A stretch of 64,000 bases of DNA from an uncultured Chloroflexia bacterium (lineage in GTDB: Bacteria; Chloroflexota; Limnocylindria; Limnocylindrales; CSP1-4). Under the pieces are notes generated by a model. That model was given only the letters and a program-made list of their open reading frames with translations. It was not told where the DNA came from and ran no database searches. Shown here one piece after another: positions 18,091 through 26,497 of this stretch (positions are counted from its first letter, which is position 1; each line of letters opens with the position of its first letter). Where the stretch lies: contig CAVYBU010000027.1 in the NCBI GenBank assembly GCA_963766735.1, positions 59,363-123,362 of the forward strand. Direction: 5' to 3'. The position numbers and the translations under genes were made by a program.

Positions 18091-19136
18091 CCGATACGAC
18101 CACGGCCCCCGCCCCCGTTGCCGGCGGCCTGATCACGCTCACGCGCAAGGACTTCGTCGCGCCGCAGGAGGTCCGCTGGTGCCCGGGCTGCGGTGACTAC
18201 TCGATCCTCGCCCAGACCCAGAAGGTGATGCCCGACTTCGGGGTGCCGAAGGAGAACATCGTGTTCATCTCCGGCATCGGCTGTTCCGGCCGCCTGCCGT
18301 ACTACATGAACACGTACGGCTTCCACTCGATCCACGGCCGGGCACCCACGCTCGCCACGGGCCTCAGGATCGCTCGCCCGGACCTGATGGTCTGGGTCAT
18401 CACGGGTGATGGCGATGCGCTGTCCATCGGTGGCAACCACTTCCTGCACTCGATGCGCCGGAACCTGGACTTCACGATGGTCATGCACAACAACCGGATC
18501 TACGGTCTGACCAAGGGCCAGACGTCGCCCACCTCGGAGTTCGGGAAGCGGACCAAGTCCACCCCGATGGGTTCGACGGATCGGCCGATCATGCCGCTCA
18601 CGATCGCGCTGGCGGCCGAATCGACCTTCGTGGCGCGCACGGTCGACACCCACACCGAGCACCTGGGGCGGACGCTCGAGGCGGCGGGCCGGCACCGCGG
18701 CGCGTCGTTCATCGAGGTGCTGCAGAACTGCAACATCTTCAACGACGGTGCGTGGCGGGAGTTCACCGAGCGCGACGTCCGGGATGACCGGATGCTGTTC
18801 CTCGAGCATGGCAAGCCGCTCATCTACGGCAAGGATCGCGACAAGGGCATCCGCCTGCGCGGCCTCCACCCGGAGGTGGTGACGCTCGGCGAGGACGGGA
18901 TCACGGAGGAGGACCTGCTGGTCCACGACCAGCACGCCGAGGACCCGTATCTCGCGCTGATCCTGTCGCGCATGTTCTGGCCCGAGTTCCCGGTGCCGGT
19001 CGGCGTCCTGCGCGAGGTTGACCGACCCACGCAATCGGATCTCATCGAGGCCCAGATCGAGCAAGCCATCGCCAAGTCCGGCCCCGGCGACCTCACGCAG
19101 GCGCTCCGGGCGGGCGAGACCTGGACAGTGGAGTAG
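18087..19136 (+). CDS. korB: 2-oxoacid:ferredoxin oxidoreductase beta subunit
   Basis: WCPGCGD, SGIGCS, GDGDALSIGGNH, YGLTKGQ; ATGA overlap. Confidence 0.95.
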   Translation: MTDTTTAPAPVAGGLITLTRKDFVAPQEVRWCPGCGDYSILAQTQKVMPDFGVPKENIVFISGIGCSGRLPYYMNTYGFHSIHGRAPTLATGLRIARPDLMVWVITGDGDALSIGGNHFLHSMRRNLDFTMVMHNNRIYGLTKGQTSPTSEFGKRTKSTPMGSTDRPIMPLTIALAAESTFVARTVDTHTEHLGRTLEAAGRHRGASFIEVLQNCNIFNDGAWREFTERDVRDDRMLFLEHGKPLIYGKDRDKGIRLRGLHPEVVTLGEDGITEEDLLVHDQHAEDPYLALILSRMFWPEFPVPVGVLREVDRPTQSDLIEAQIEQAIAKSGPGDLTQALRAGETWTVE

Positions 19137-19139
19137 ACC

Positions 19140-19640
19140 ATGCTCTGCCCGAACTGCCACACCGAGAACTTCGCGGGCGAGGACGCCTGCGTCAACTGCT
19201 CCGCCGACCTGTCGGCCGCGGACGTACCGCAGGCACCGGCGGACTACCACGACACGATCCTGGGCGACCATGTCGAGGCGCTTGGCATCGGCAACCCGAC
19301 CATGGTTGAGCCCTCCATGCCGGTGGCCGCCGCCATCCGGCTGATGCACGAGACCGGCGTGGACTGCCTCGTGGTCTGCGACGGGGGGCGGCTGGTCGGG
19401 ATCTTCACGGACCGCGATGCGGCCGTGAAGGCGGTCGACAAGCGCCTGGCCCTGTTCCGGGTCCGGGACTTCATGACACCCGACCCCGTGGCGCTCCGGC
19501 TCGAGGACACGATCGCCGTGGCCATCCACAAGATGGCCGTGGGCGGCTTCCGCCACATCCCGCTCGTGGACGATGGCTGCGCCATCGGCGTCGTGTCGGC
19601 CGCGGACGTCTTCCGGCATCTCGTCTCCTCGCTCGAGTGA
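19140..19640 (+). CDS. Zn-ribbon + CBS-domain protein
   Basis: CPNC..CVNC N-terminus; LVGIFTDRD, MTPDP, GFRHIPLVD. Confidence 0.88.
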   Translation: MLCPNCHTENFAGEDACVNCSADLSAADVPQAPADYHDTILGDHVEALGIGNPTMVEPSMPVAAAIRLMHETGVDCLVVCDGGRLVGIFTDRDAAVKAVDKRLALFRVRDFMTPDPVALRLEDTIAVAIHKMAVGGFRHIPLVDDGCAIGVVSAADVFRHLVSSLE

Positions 19641-20048
19641 CCACCGGTCCGCGGGCGGCCCAGCCGCGCATCGCGGTCCTCGCCGACGACCTGATCTGGG
19701 GCACGCGCCTCGCCGACGGCGTTCGCCGCTCCGCCGGTGTGCCCGTCCCCGTGCGCTCCGCAGCAGCGCTGGACGGGGTCCTGGCGTCCGTCGCCGGGTG
19801 CATCGTGGACCTGACCGCCCGCGCCTACGACGGGCTCGCCTGCCTCCACGCCGCGGCCGCGGCCGGGGTGCCGGTGATCGCGGTGGGACAGCACGACGAC
19901 GTGGACCTCCGGCGCGCCGCCCGGAGTGCCGGCGCGAGTCGCGTGCACGCCTACCGGACCCTGTTCGAGAACGGCGACCGGGAGCTCGCCGCCTGGATCG
20001 ACGGCCTGACCGCCAGCGCGGAGGCCCGCAAGGGGGACACGGCAATGA
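19637..20048 (+). CDS. Atypical receiver (REC)-like domain protein; in-frame with the peptidase in this assembly
   Basis: AVLADDL..IVDL..PVIAVGQH..ARSAGASRV; removing one G from the G5 run at ~20032 gives a TGA overlapping the next ATG. Confidence 0.6.
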
Positions 20049-21217
20049 CAGCGCTGGGCATCCCGCCCTCGCGGTACGCGGAGCGGCTGGCGGCGGCCAG
20101 GCAGGGGGCATCGGCGGCGGGTCTGGACGCGCTCCTGGTTGGCGTCGGGGCTGACCTGCGGTACCTGGCCGGCTACGAGGCGATGCCGCTGGAGCGCCTG
20201 ACCCTGCTCGTGATCCCGGCGAGCCCGGGGTCGCCGATGACCCTGGTCGCGCCCCGTCTGGAGGCCTCCCCCGCCCGGACCTGCCCGGCCGCCGTCCACG
20301 GTGTGGTGGAGATCGCCACCTGGGAGGAGACCGAGGATCCGATGGCGCTGGTCGCCGCGAGACTCGGCGAGGCGGTCGGCCGGGATGTCGCGGACGTGCG
20401 TGCCGTCGCGGTCTCGGACGGGCTGCGCGCGGCGTTCGTCCTGGGGCTCCAGCAGGTACTTCCCGGGACACGGTTCTCGCTGGCTTCCGCGGTACTCCGG
20501 AACCTGCGGATGCGCAAGGACGCGGACGAGGTCGCCCTGCTGCGAGCGGCCGCGCAGGCCGCGGACCGGGCGGTGGCGGCGGTCGCGAACGGTCCGCTCA
20601 TCGGGCGGACCGAGGCGGACGTGGCGCGCGAGATCCGGGAGCGGCTCGTCGCCGAGGGCCACGACCACGCCGAGTTCTGGATCGTGGCCTCGGGCCCCAA
20701 CAGCGCGTCGCCACACCACGACCCCGGCGATCGCGTGATCGCGGCCGGGGAGCCGATCGTCATCGACATCGGCGGGGCCCTGGGGGGCTACGGCTCCGAC
20801 ATCACGCGCACCGTCTGGGTGACGGGCGGGGACCCTGGGAGGGGTCCGGACGTGGAGTTCCTGCGCCTCTACGGCGTGCTCCAGGGCGCCCAGTCGGCGG
20901 CGACGGCCGCGGTCCGCCCCGGCGTGCCCTGCGAGCGGATCGACGCGGTGGCGCGCGATGCCATCGACGCCGCCGGCTTCGGACCCTTCTTCTTCCACCG
21001 CACCGGGCACGGCATCGGCCTTGAGGGCCACGAAGAGCCGTATGTCGTTGCGGGGAGCACCGAACCACTGGCGCCGGGCATGGCGTTCAGCGTTGAGCCG
21101 GGGATCTATCTCGAGGGCCGGTACGGGGCGCGGATCGAGGACATCGTGGTGTGCGGGGCGGATGGGCCGATCGTGCTCAACGAGCTGTCGCGGGACCTGC
21201 TGGTCGTTCCCGGCTGA
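20045..21217 (+). CDS. Xaa-Pro aminopeptidase (M24 family)
   Basis: SGPNSASPHH, DIGG..GYGSDITRT, HRTGHGIG..HEEPY, VEPGIY, RIED. Confidence 0.92.
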   Translation: MTALGIPPSRYAERLAAARQGASAAGLDALLVGVGADLRYLAGYEAMPLERLTLLVIPASPGSPMTLVAPRLEASPARTCPAAVHGVVEIATWEETEDPMALVAARLGEAVGRDVADVRAVAVSDGLRAAFVLGLQQVLPGTRFSLASAVLRNLRMRKDADEVALLRAAAQAADRAVAAVANGPLIGRTEADVAREIRERLVAEGHDHAEFWIVASGPNSASPHHDPGDRVIAAGEPIVIDIGGALGGYGSDITRTVWVTGGDPGRGPDVEFLRLYGVLQGAQSAATAAVRPGVPCERIDAVARDAIDAAGFGPFFFHRTGHGIGLEGHEEPYVVAGSTEPLAPGMAFSVEPGIYLEGRYGARIEDIVVCGADGPIVLNELSRDLLVVPG

Positions 21218-21432
21218 AAGCGCCCGCGCCCGTCCAGGAAGGCGACCGGACGCAGCCTTCGGATGGTCGCCGCTTGACACCTGCGATGCTACCTGCGAAT
21301 GTGACGAGTGGCCCTATTCTAGTAGGCCATATGGACCCCAGCAGCAAGCTTCATCCGGACCAGGCGATCGTCCTGCCCCCGGCCCACCACCAGCGTTCCG
21401 GTCGTCCCGGACAATCCATCCGGAGGCACCCC

Positions 21433-21735
21433 ATGTGGCAGATATTCGCGCTGACAGCGTTCGGCATGTTGAGCGAGCGAGACATGGAGGCTGAGAACCT
21501 GGCCGAAGAACGTCGGCGACTCGGACAGCTCGACGACGAGCGGGCCCCCCGGAAGGACCTGTCCCCGGCGTCGGGCCCGTCCGTCCTGGAACGCCTTGCT
21601 GTCGCGTTCCGCAAGGGTGCGCGGGATGATCACTCGCTGACCGACTACCCGTGCCGCCTGCCGGACGGGACGATGGGCAGGGTCGCGGCCATCGAGCAAG
21701 GCGGGGAGTGGAACCTCGTCTGCAGGCGCGCCTGA
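21433..21735 (+). CDS. Hypothetical protein (100 aa)
   Basis: SD GGAGG before ATG; C-terminal YPCRLPDG..WNLVC; no family recognised. Confidence 0.6.
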   Translation: MWQIFALTAFGMLSERDMEAENLAEERRRLGQLDDERAPRKDLSPASGPSVLERLAVAFRKGARDDHSLTDYPCRLPDGTMGRVAAIEQGGEWNLVCRRA

Positions 21736-21983
21736 GCGAGATCCCGCGGGACAGGTCGGACCGTCGCGGTTCGCCGTGCTGTGGGTTCGGCGCCCACGGG
21801 CCCATCCACGCTGCGGCGTACGGAGCCAAGGGCGCCGCCGGCTGAGAGCGCCACCCGGCGATCGGCGATCGGGCGCAACGCGGGGTATCATCCGGCGATC
21901 GGTCGATGCCCCCTTGCGACCGACGCGAGAGCCAACATGACCACCCTTCGCGCGCAGGCCCCGAGCCCGCGCATCCTCGGCCG

Positions 21984-22628
21984 GTGAGCCGGCGCGCCCG
22001 GCACGGCCGGAACCCACACCAGCACCCGTCCGCCCGCCCCGGTCGTCCCGGGACGTCGGCGGTTCAACGCGCCCAGGACCCTGCGGACGTCCGGGCTGAC
22101 GCCCCGGTCGAGGTCGAGGCATCGACGACTGCGGTGACGGATGCGCCGATCGTCGCTCCCGAGGTCGCCGAGGTCGCCGAGGTCGGCGAGGTCGGCGCCA
22201 CCGAGGCAGTGGACGTGTCGCCCGATGCAGCGCCCGCCGCCCGGCCCCAGCCCCGGCCAGAACGCGCGCCGGTCCGCGCGTCGGCGCCCCCGGCAGCGGC
22301 CCAGCCGGCCAATCCGCAGCCAGCCCCGGGCGACAACGGGGACTACCGCACCACCTGTACCCAGGCTCAGCTGCGCCGGTTCATCAAGAGTCGCCCGTGG
22401 GTCCCGATGCACGAGCTCCGCCGCCGTTTCGGCATCAACGGAGACGACGACGACGTGTCTCCGATGCGCGTCGGGGATCACATGCTGTTCATCGGCCTGC
22501 CGCCCGACGAGGGCCGCATGATGGGCGATCTGCTCAATGCCGGGGACATCGGCTGCGAGCTGTCCCTGGATCCGGTGACGCCGGTGGTGATCGGCGTGTA
22601 CCCGATGCGGCCGGTGCCCCGCGGCTGA
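21984..22628 (+). CDS. Hypothetical protein; low-complexity N-terminus and globular, possibly winged-helix-like C-terminus
   Basis: ORF 21906..22628; AQLRRFIKSRPWVPMHELRRRFG; start uncertain. Confidence 0.6.
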   Translation: MSRRARHGRNPHQHPSARPGRPGTSAVQRAQDPADVRADAPVEVEASTTAVTDAPIVAPEVAEVAEVGEVGATEAVDVSPDAAPAARPQPRPERAPVRASAPPAAAQPANPQPAPGDNGDYRTTCTQAQLRRFIKSRPWVPMHELRRRFGINGDDDDVSPMRVGDHMLFIGLPPDEGRMMGDLLNAGDIGCELSLDPVTPVVIGVYPMRPVPRG

Positions 22629-22773
22629 CCGCCGAGCCTGCCCCGACGCTCCCGCAGCCGCTCCCGGCTGACAGCCTCCCCCCGCGCGACGTCCCGTTGC
22701 CGCACCGGCGACCCCGCCCCGACGTTCGTGCGTGAGATCGACCAGCCGCCTGGAATTGACCGGCGCGCGGGCC

Positions 22774-24603
22774 TCAGGCCTCGGTGTATGCGCGCGGCAG
22801 CGGTTCGACCGCAGGTGCCTTCGTCCGCAGGTCGCGTAGAGCTGCCTGATCCATCGTGGCGAGGCGCGGCAGGTCGGGCTGATCCGTGCGTAGCAGGCGC
22901 TCCGTCATGGTGGAGAGCAGCAGCTTGCTGACCTCGGGGACGCCCATCACGGCCCGCAGGGCATCGGCCGGGACCTCCAGGAGCGTGCTCGCGGTGGTGG
23001 CCACCACGTCCGCCGTGCGAGGGCTGCCAGTGAGCGCCGCGATCTCGCCGAAGAAGTCGCCTTCGCTCATCGTGGACAGGCCGCGGAACCCTCCGTCCGC
23101 GTCCGGGATGCCCGCCGCCGTCTCACCCGCGAGAATGAAGTAGGCCGCCGATGCCTTGTCGCCATGGGTCACCAGGCAGGTACCTTCCGGGACGTCGCGA
23201 ACCTTCGCCTCGCGAATGAAAGCCGTCCGTTGGGCACCGGACAGCCGGCCGAACGTCGCCAGCCGCCCGACCAGGAGATCGAAGTCCGCAATGGTGGCCG
23301 CCCGCACCTCACCGGCCACCCAGGGCGTGCCCGCCGGCATCGCCCGCAATGCCTTGAGCCCTCGACGCCACTCCGCCGCGGGGCGTCCCACACCCGGCGC
23401 CACCAGGGCCGCGAGCGCGACCACGACGAGGATCAGCGACGAGAAGGCCAGCATCACCCGGACCGGCAGCACGTCGGCGAGGCCGGCACCCGCCATCCCG
23501 GCGAGGAAGATCACGTCGCGCATCACGAACAGCGCGGAGAACACGCGCCCACGAAGCTCGCGTGGCGTGTGCCGCTGGAGGAGCGTCTGCCGTGCGACGG
23601 CAGAGGGCGAGTTGAAGAACCCGCTGACCATCACCCAGACAGTCGCCACCCAGATCACGGGCGACACGCTGTAGAAGAGTCCCGCCACGCCCATGCCCAT
23701 ACAGCCGACGAAGACCCACAGGCCCATCTGCAGGCGGTCGGCGAAGCGGGCCATGAACAGACTGCCCGCCACGAACCCGACCGAGGTGAGTGCCTCCTGG
23801 ATGCCGTACTGAAACTCGCTCGCCCCCAGCTCCGTGATCGCCATCGGCAGCAGCAGGACGTTCCACAATCCGAACGCGAAGAACACCGGCGCTCCGAGCA
23901 GGAACAGTGATCGCAGCATCGGGATCTCGCCGATGGTGCGGATGCCGGTCTTGAGGTTCTCGAACACGATGCCGACGGATGTCTCCTCCTGGACCTCCAT
24001 CGTCACCCGGACCTTGAGCAGGTAGATGCACGCGGCGGAGAAGACGAACGTGAGCGAGTCGATCCAGAACGCCCAGTCGAGGCTGAACGCAGAGGCGAGG
24101 AGGCCAGCGCCGGCGAAGCCGATGGCGGTGGAACCGAACGAGGCGATCGAGAGGAAGGCGTTGGCTGCCGTCAGCTCCTCATCGCTCGCGATCTCCGGGA
24201 TGAGGCTCTCGTACGCGGGGTCGAAGAACTGCTTCACGCCCGCGTTGACGAGGATCGCCACGAACAGCAGCGCCGGATTCACGCCGATGAGGAACGGGAT
24301 GATGAACACCACGACGCCCTGACCGAGGTTGCTGGCGATCATCACCTTGCGGCGGTCGTAGCGGTCGACGAAGACGCCCGCGATGAGGCCGACGACCAGG
24401 CTCGGGACAGCCGTCGCCATCAGGGTGAGGCCGACCAGGAACGCGGAGCCCGTCTCCTGGTACACGTAGATGCCCGCGGCGAGATCCGTGAGCGATGACC
24501 CGGCGGTGGACACCAGCTGGGCCATCCACATCAGGACGAAGTCGCGCTTCCTGAACACCGCCGTGGGCGATACCTTCTGCCCGACCTGGGGGGCCTCGCT
24601 CAC
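22774..24603 (-). CDS. MFS transporter fused to a C-terminal cyclic-nucleotide-binding domain
   Basis: GVFVDRYDRRKVM MFS motif A, ~12 TM; FFGEIAALTGSPRTADV cNMP cassette; start 24603 or up to 24732. Confidence 0.9.
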   Translation of the reverse strand: MSEAPQVGQKVSPTAVFRKRDFVLMWMAQLVSTAGSSLTDLAAGIYVYQETGSAFLVGLTLMATAVPSLVVGLIAGVFVDRYDRRKVMIASNLGQGVVVFIIPFLIGVNPALLFVAILVNAGVKQFFDPAYESLIPEIASDEELTAANAFLSIASFGSTAIGFAGAGLLASAFSLDWAFWIDSLTFVFSAACIYLLKVRVTMEVQEETSVGIVFENLKTGIRTIGEIPMLRSLFLLGAPVFFAFGLWNVLLLPMAITELGASEFQYGIQEALTSVGFVAGSLFMARFADRLQMGLWVFVGCMGMGVAGLFYSVSPVIWVATVWVMVSGFFNSPSAVARQTLLQRHTPRELRGRVFSALFVMRDVIFLAGMAGAGLADVLPVRVMLAFSSLILVVVALAALVAPGVGRPAAEWRRGLKALRAMPAGTPWVAGEVRAATIADFDLLVGRLATFGRLSGAQRTAFIREAKVRDVPEGTCLVTHGDKASAAYFILAGETAAGIPDADGGFRGLSTMSEGDFFGEIAALTGSPRTADVVATTASTLLEVPADALRAVMGVPEVSKLLLSTMTERLLRTDQPDLPRLATMDQAALRDLRTKAPAVEPLPRAYTEA

Positions 24604-24747
24604 GCCACGAACCCCTTGCGTCCCCGCGCCACCTTCGGATGCACCCGGTCCCTCCCCGTCAAGTGGCGTTGCGCCTCCGTGGGCCGATCTCCGCCATTTG
24701 AAGTTCGGTACTGTACGCGGGTCGAACGGCATCCGCCAAGCCGTTGG

Positions 24748-25320
24748 TCAGACAGGTGTATTCCCGCCGACGCCCTCGAGGGCGAGCAGCTCCCGTTTCA
24801 CGGCCAGCGCCGCCTCGCGCCCGCCGAACGCCGCCACGCCGTACCCGCCCAGGGACCCGTCACCGGCGATCACCCGGTGGCAGGGGATCAGCAGGCCGAC
24901 GGGGTTGCGACCCACCGCGCCGCCCACGGCCCGTGCCGCGCCTGTTCGCCCAATGCGCCGCGCCACCTCGCCGTAGGACGCTGTCTCGCCGCGGGGGATG
25001 GCGCGGACCGCACCCAGGACGAGGCGGTCCCAGTCCGAGCGGTCGGCGAGGTCCACTGGCACCTTCTCGAGCGGGACGGGCTCGCCCCTGAGCGCCGCCG
25101 TCACCAGGTCGCGCGTGCGTGCGCAGAGCTCGGACGCGGCACACGGCTCCTCGTGCGCCTCCAACGTGGCCGTTGGTCCGAGGCGGCGACGCGCCAGACC
25201 GATCATGAACGCGTCCGCGCTGCTCATCGGTTCCAGCGCCACCACGCCGCGGGCGGTCGCGGCAATCCGGACCGGACCCCACGGTCCGTCCGCCGTCGTG
25301 ACGGTGATGCAGCCCTCCAC
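24748..25320 (-). CDS. ogt: Methylated-DNA--protein-cysteine methyltransferase
   Basis: IPRGETASYGEVA, AARAVG, NPVGLLIPCHRVI. Confidence 0.92.
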   Translation of the reverse strand: MEGCITVTTADGPWGPVRIAATARGVVALEPMSSADAFMIGLARRRLGPTATLEAHEEPCAASELCARTRDLVTAALRGEPVPLEKVPVDLADRSDWDRLVLGAVRAIPRGETASYGEVARRIGRTGAARAVGGAVGRNPVGLLIPCHRVIAGDGSLGGYGVAAFGGREAALAVKRELLALEGVGGNTPV

Positions 25321-25522
25321 GCAATTCACCGGCGAATGGTTGCATGACTCCCGGCAGCCCCGCTCGTCCCCGGATCCGGCGGGCCCGCCGCCAGGTACGG
25401 CATCATGGGCCTGCCCGAGCACTGTCCGGATCCGACACAGTGCACGCGCAGGAATGGGGATGCGACATGTCAGGTCTCGGCTGCGCCGGCGGGACGCGAT
25501 CGTGCTGAGGCGCCGCTACGTC

Positions 25523-26443
25523 ATGCGACTCCGACGGCCGCGGTTTCGCGGGCTGCGAACTCCGGTCGCGACGCCCGGGCAGAGCGCTCGTCGGCTGGTC
25601 GTGGTCGGCCTGCTCTCGGTCCTGCTCGCGATCGCGGCCTGGGCGGGGACAACGCAGACATACGTCGGGCAGCGCATAGCGGACCTGATCCTGTACGGAC
25701 GGTTCGGGACGGATCCGGCGGTCAGCGGCGCTGCGGCCAGCATCCTCGATCTGACGGGACTCGCCTCCGCCGCCCTGGTCGCGCTGGGAATCTTCATCTT
25801 CGCCTTCATCCGGGGCGGGTTCGGGATGGCCACGGCGGTCGTGCTCACGCTGGGTGGGGCGAACGCCACGGCGCAGGGCCTCAAGGACCTGCTGCACCGG
25901 CCCAACCTCATCGGGAACGCGACGTACGCGAGCGGCAACAGCTTCCCGAGCGGAACCGTCACGCTCATCGCCTCGCTCGGGTTCGTGTTGATCCTGGTCG
26001 CGCCAAGGCGCCTGCGGACCCTGTCGGCGATCGGCGCGATCGTCCTGACGGCCGCTGTCGGCATCAGCACCATCACGGAGGGCTGGCACCGGCTGGCCGA
26101 CGTGGTTGGCGCCGACCTCATCGCCCTTGGCTGGGCTGCCCTCGTCACGGCGGCGCTCGTCCTGGCCCAGGGGCGGATGCCCAGGCGGACCTGGACCCGC
26201 GGCCTGGGACGGCGGACGGCGTACATCACCGGGGCAACGGGGCTGATCGTGATCGGCGCCGGTGCGGCCGGCCTGGCACTCGCGCTGGTCGACCCGGCGC
26301 CGCTCGGACGGCTCATCAACGACAGGGCGACAACCCCCGAGGCGTTCGTGGCGTCCATCGCCATCGCAATCGGGACCGCCCTGATCGGGACGGGCGCCTA
26401 CGTGTGGGCCATGCGTGGCGTTGCCGTGGACCTGCCGGACTGA
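25523..26443 (+). CDS. PAP2-family membrane phosphatase-like protein
   Basis: [21 protein letters not shown]; multiple TM helices. Confidence 0.8.
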   Translation: MRLRRPRFRGLRTPVATPGQSARRLVVVGLLSVLLAIAAWAGTTQTYVGQRIADLILYGRFGTDPAVSGAAASILDLTGLASAALVALGIFIFAFIRGGFGMATAVVLTLGGANATAQGLKDLLHRPNLIGNATYASGNSFPSGTVTLIASLGFVLILVAPRRLRTLSAIGAIVLTAAVGISTITEGWHRLADVVGADLIALGWAALVTAALVLAQGRMPRRTWTRGLGRRTAYITGATGLIVIGAGAAGLALALVDPAPLGRLINDRATTPEAFVASIAIAIGTALIGTGAYVWAMRGVAVDLPD

Positions 26444-26479
26444 ACGGGCAGGACTGAACGAATGCGGCCACGGCGCTGC

Positions 26480-26497
26480 TATACTCCCCCCTAGTAT
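26480..26497 (+). promoter_or_regulatory. CsoR/RcnR-type operator overlapping the -10 and start codon of copA
   Basis: ATACT-CCCCCC-T-AGTAT palindrome around a C/G tract; TATACT at 26480-26485. Confidence 0.75.

Noticed and set aside
19637-21217. Novel receiver-domain/Xaa-Pro peptidase fusion (526 aa)
   Set aside because: Internal purine-rich RBS and ATGA at 20045; removing one G from a G5 run restores a normal two-gene overlap, so it is probably an artefact
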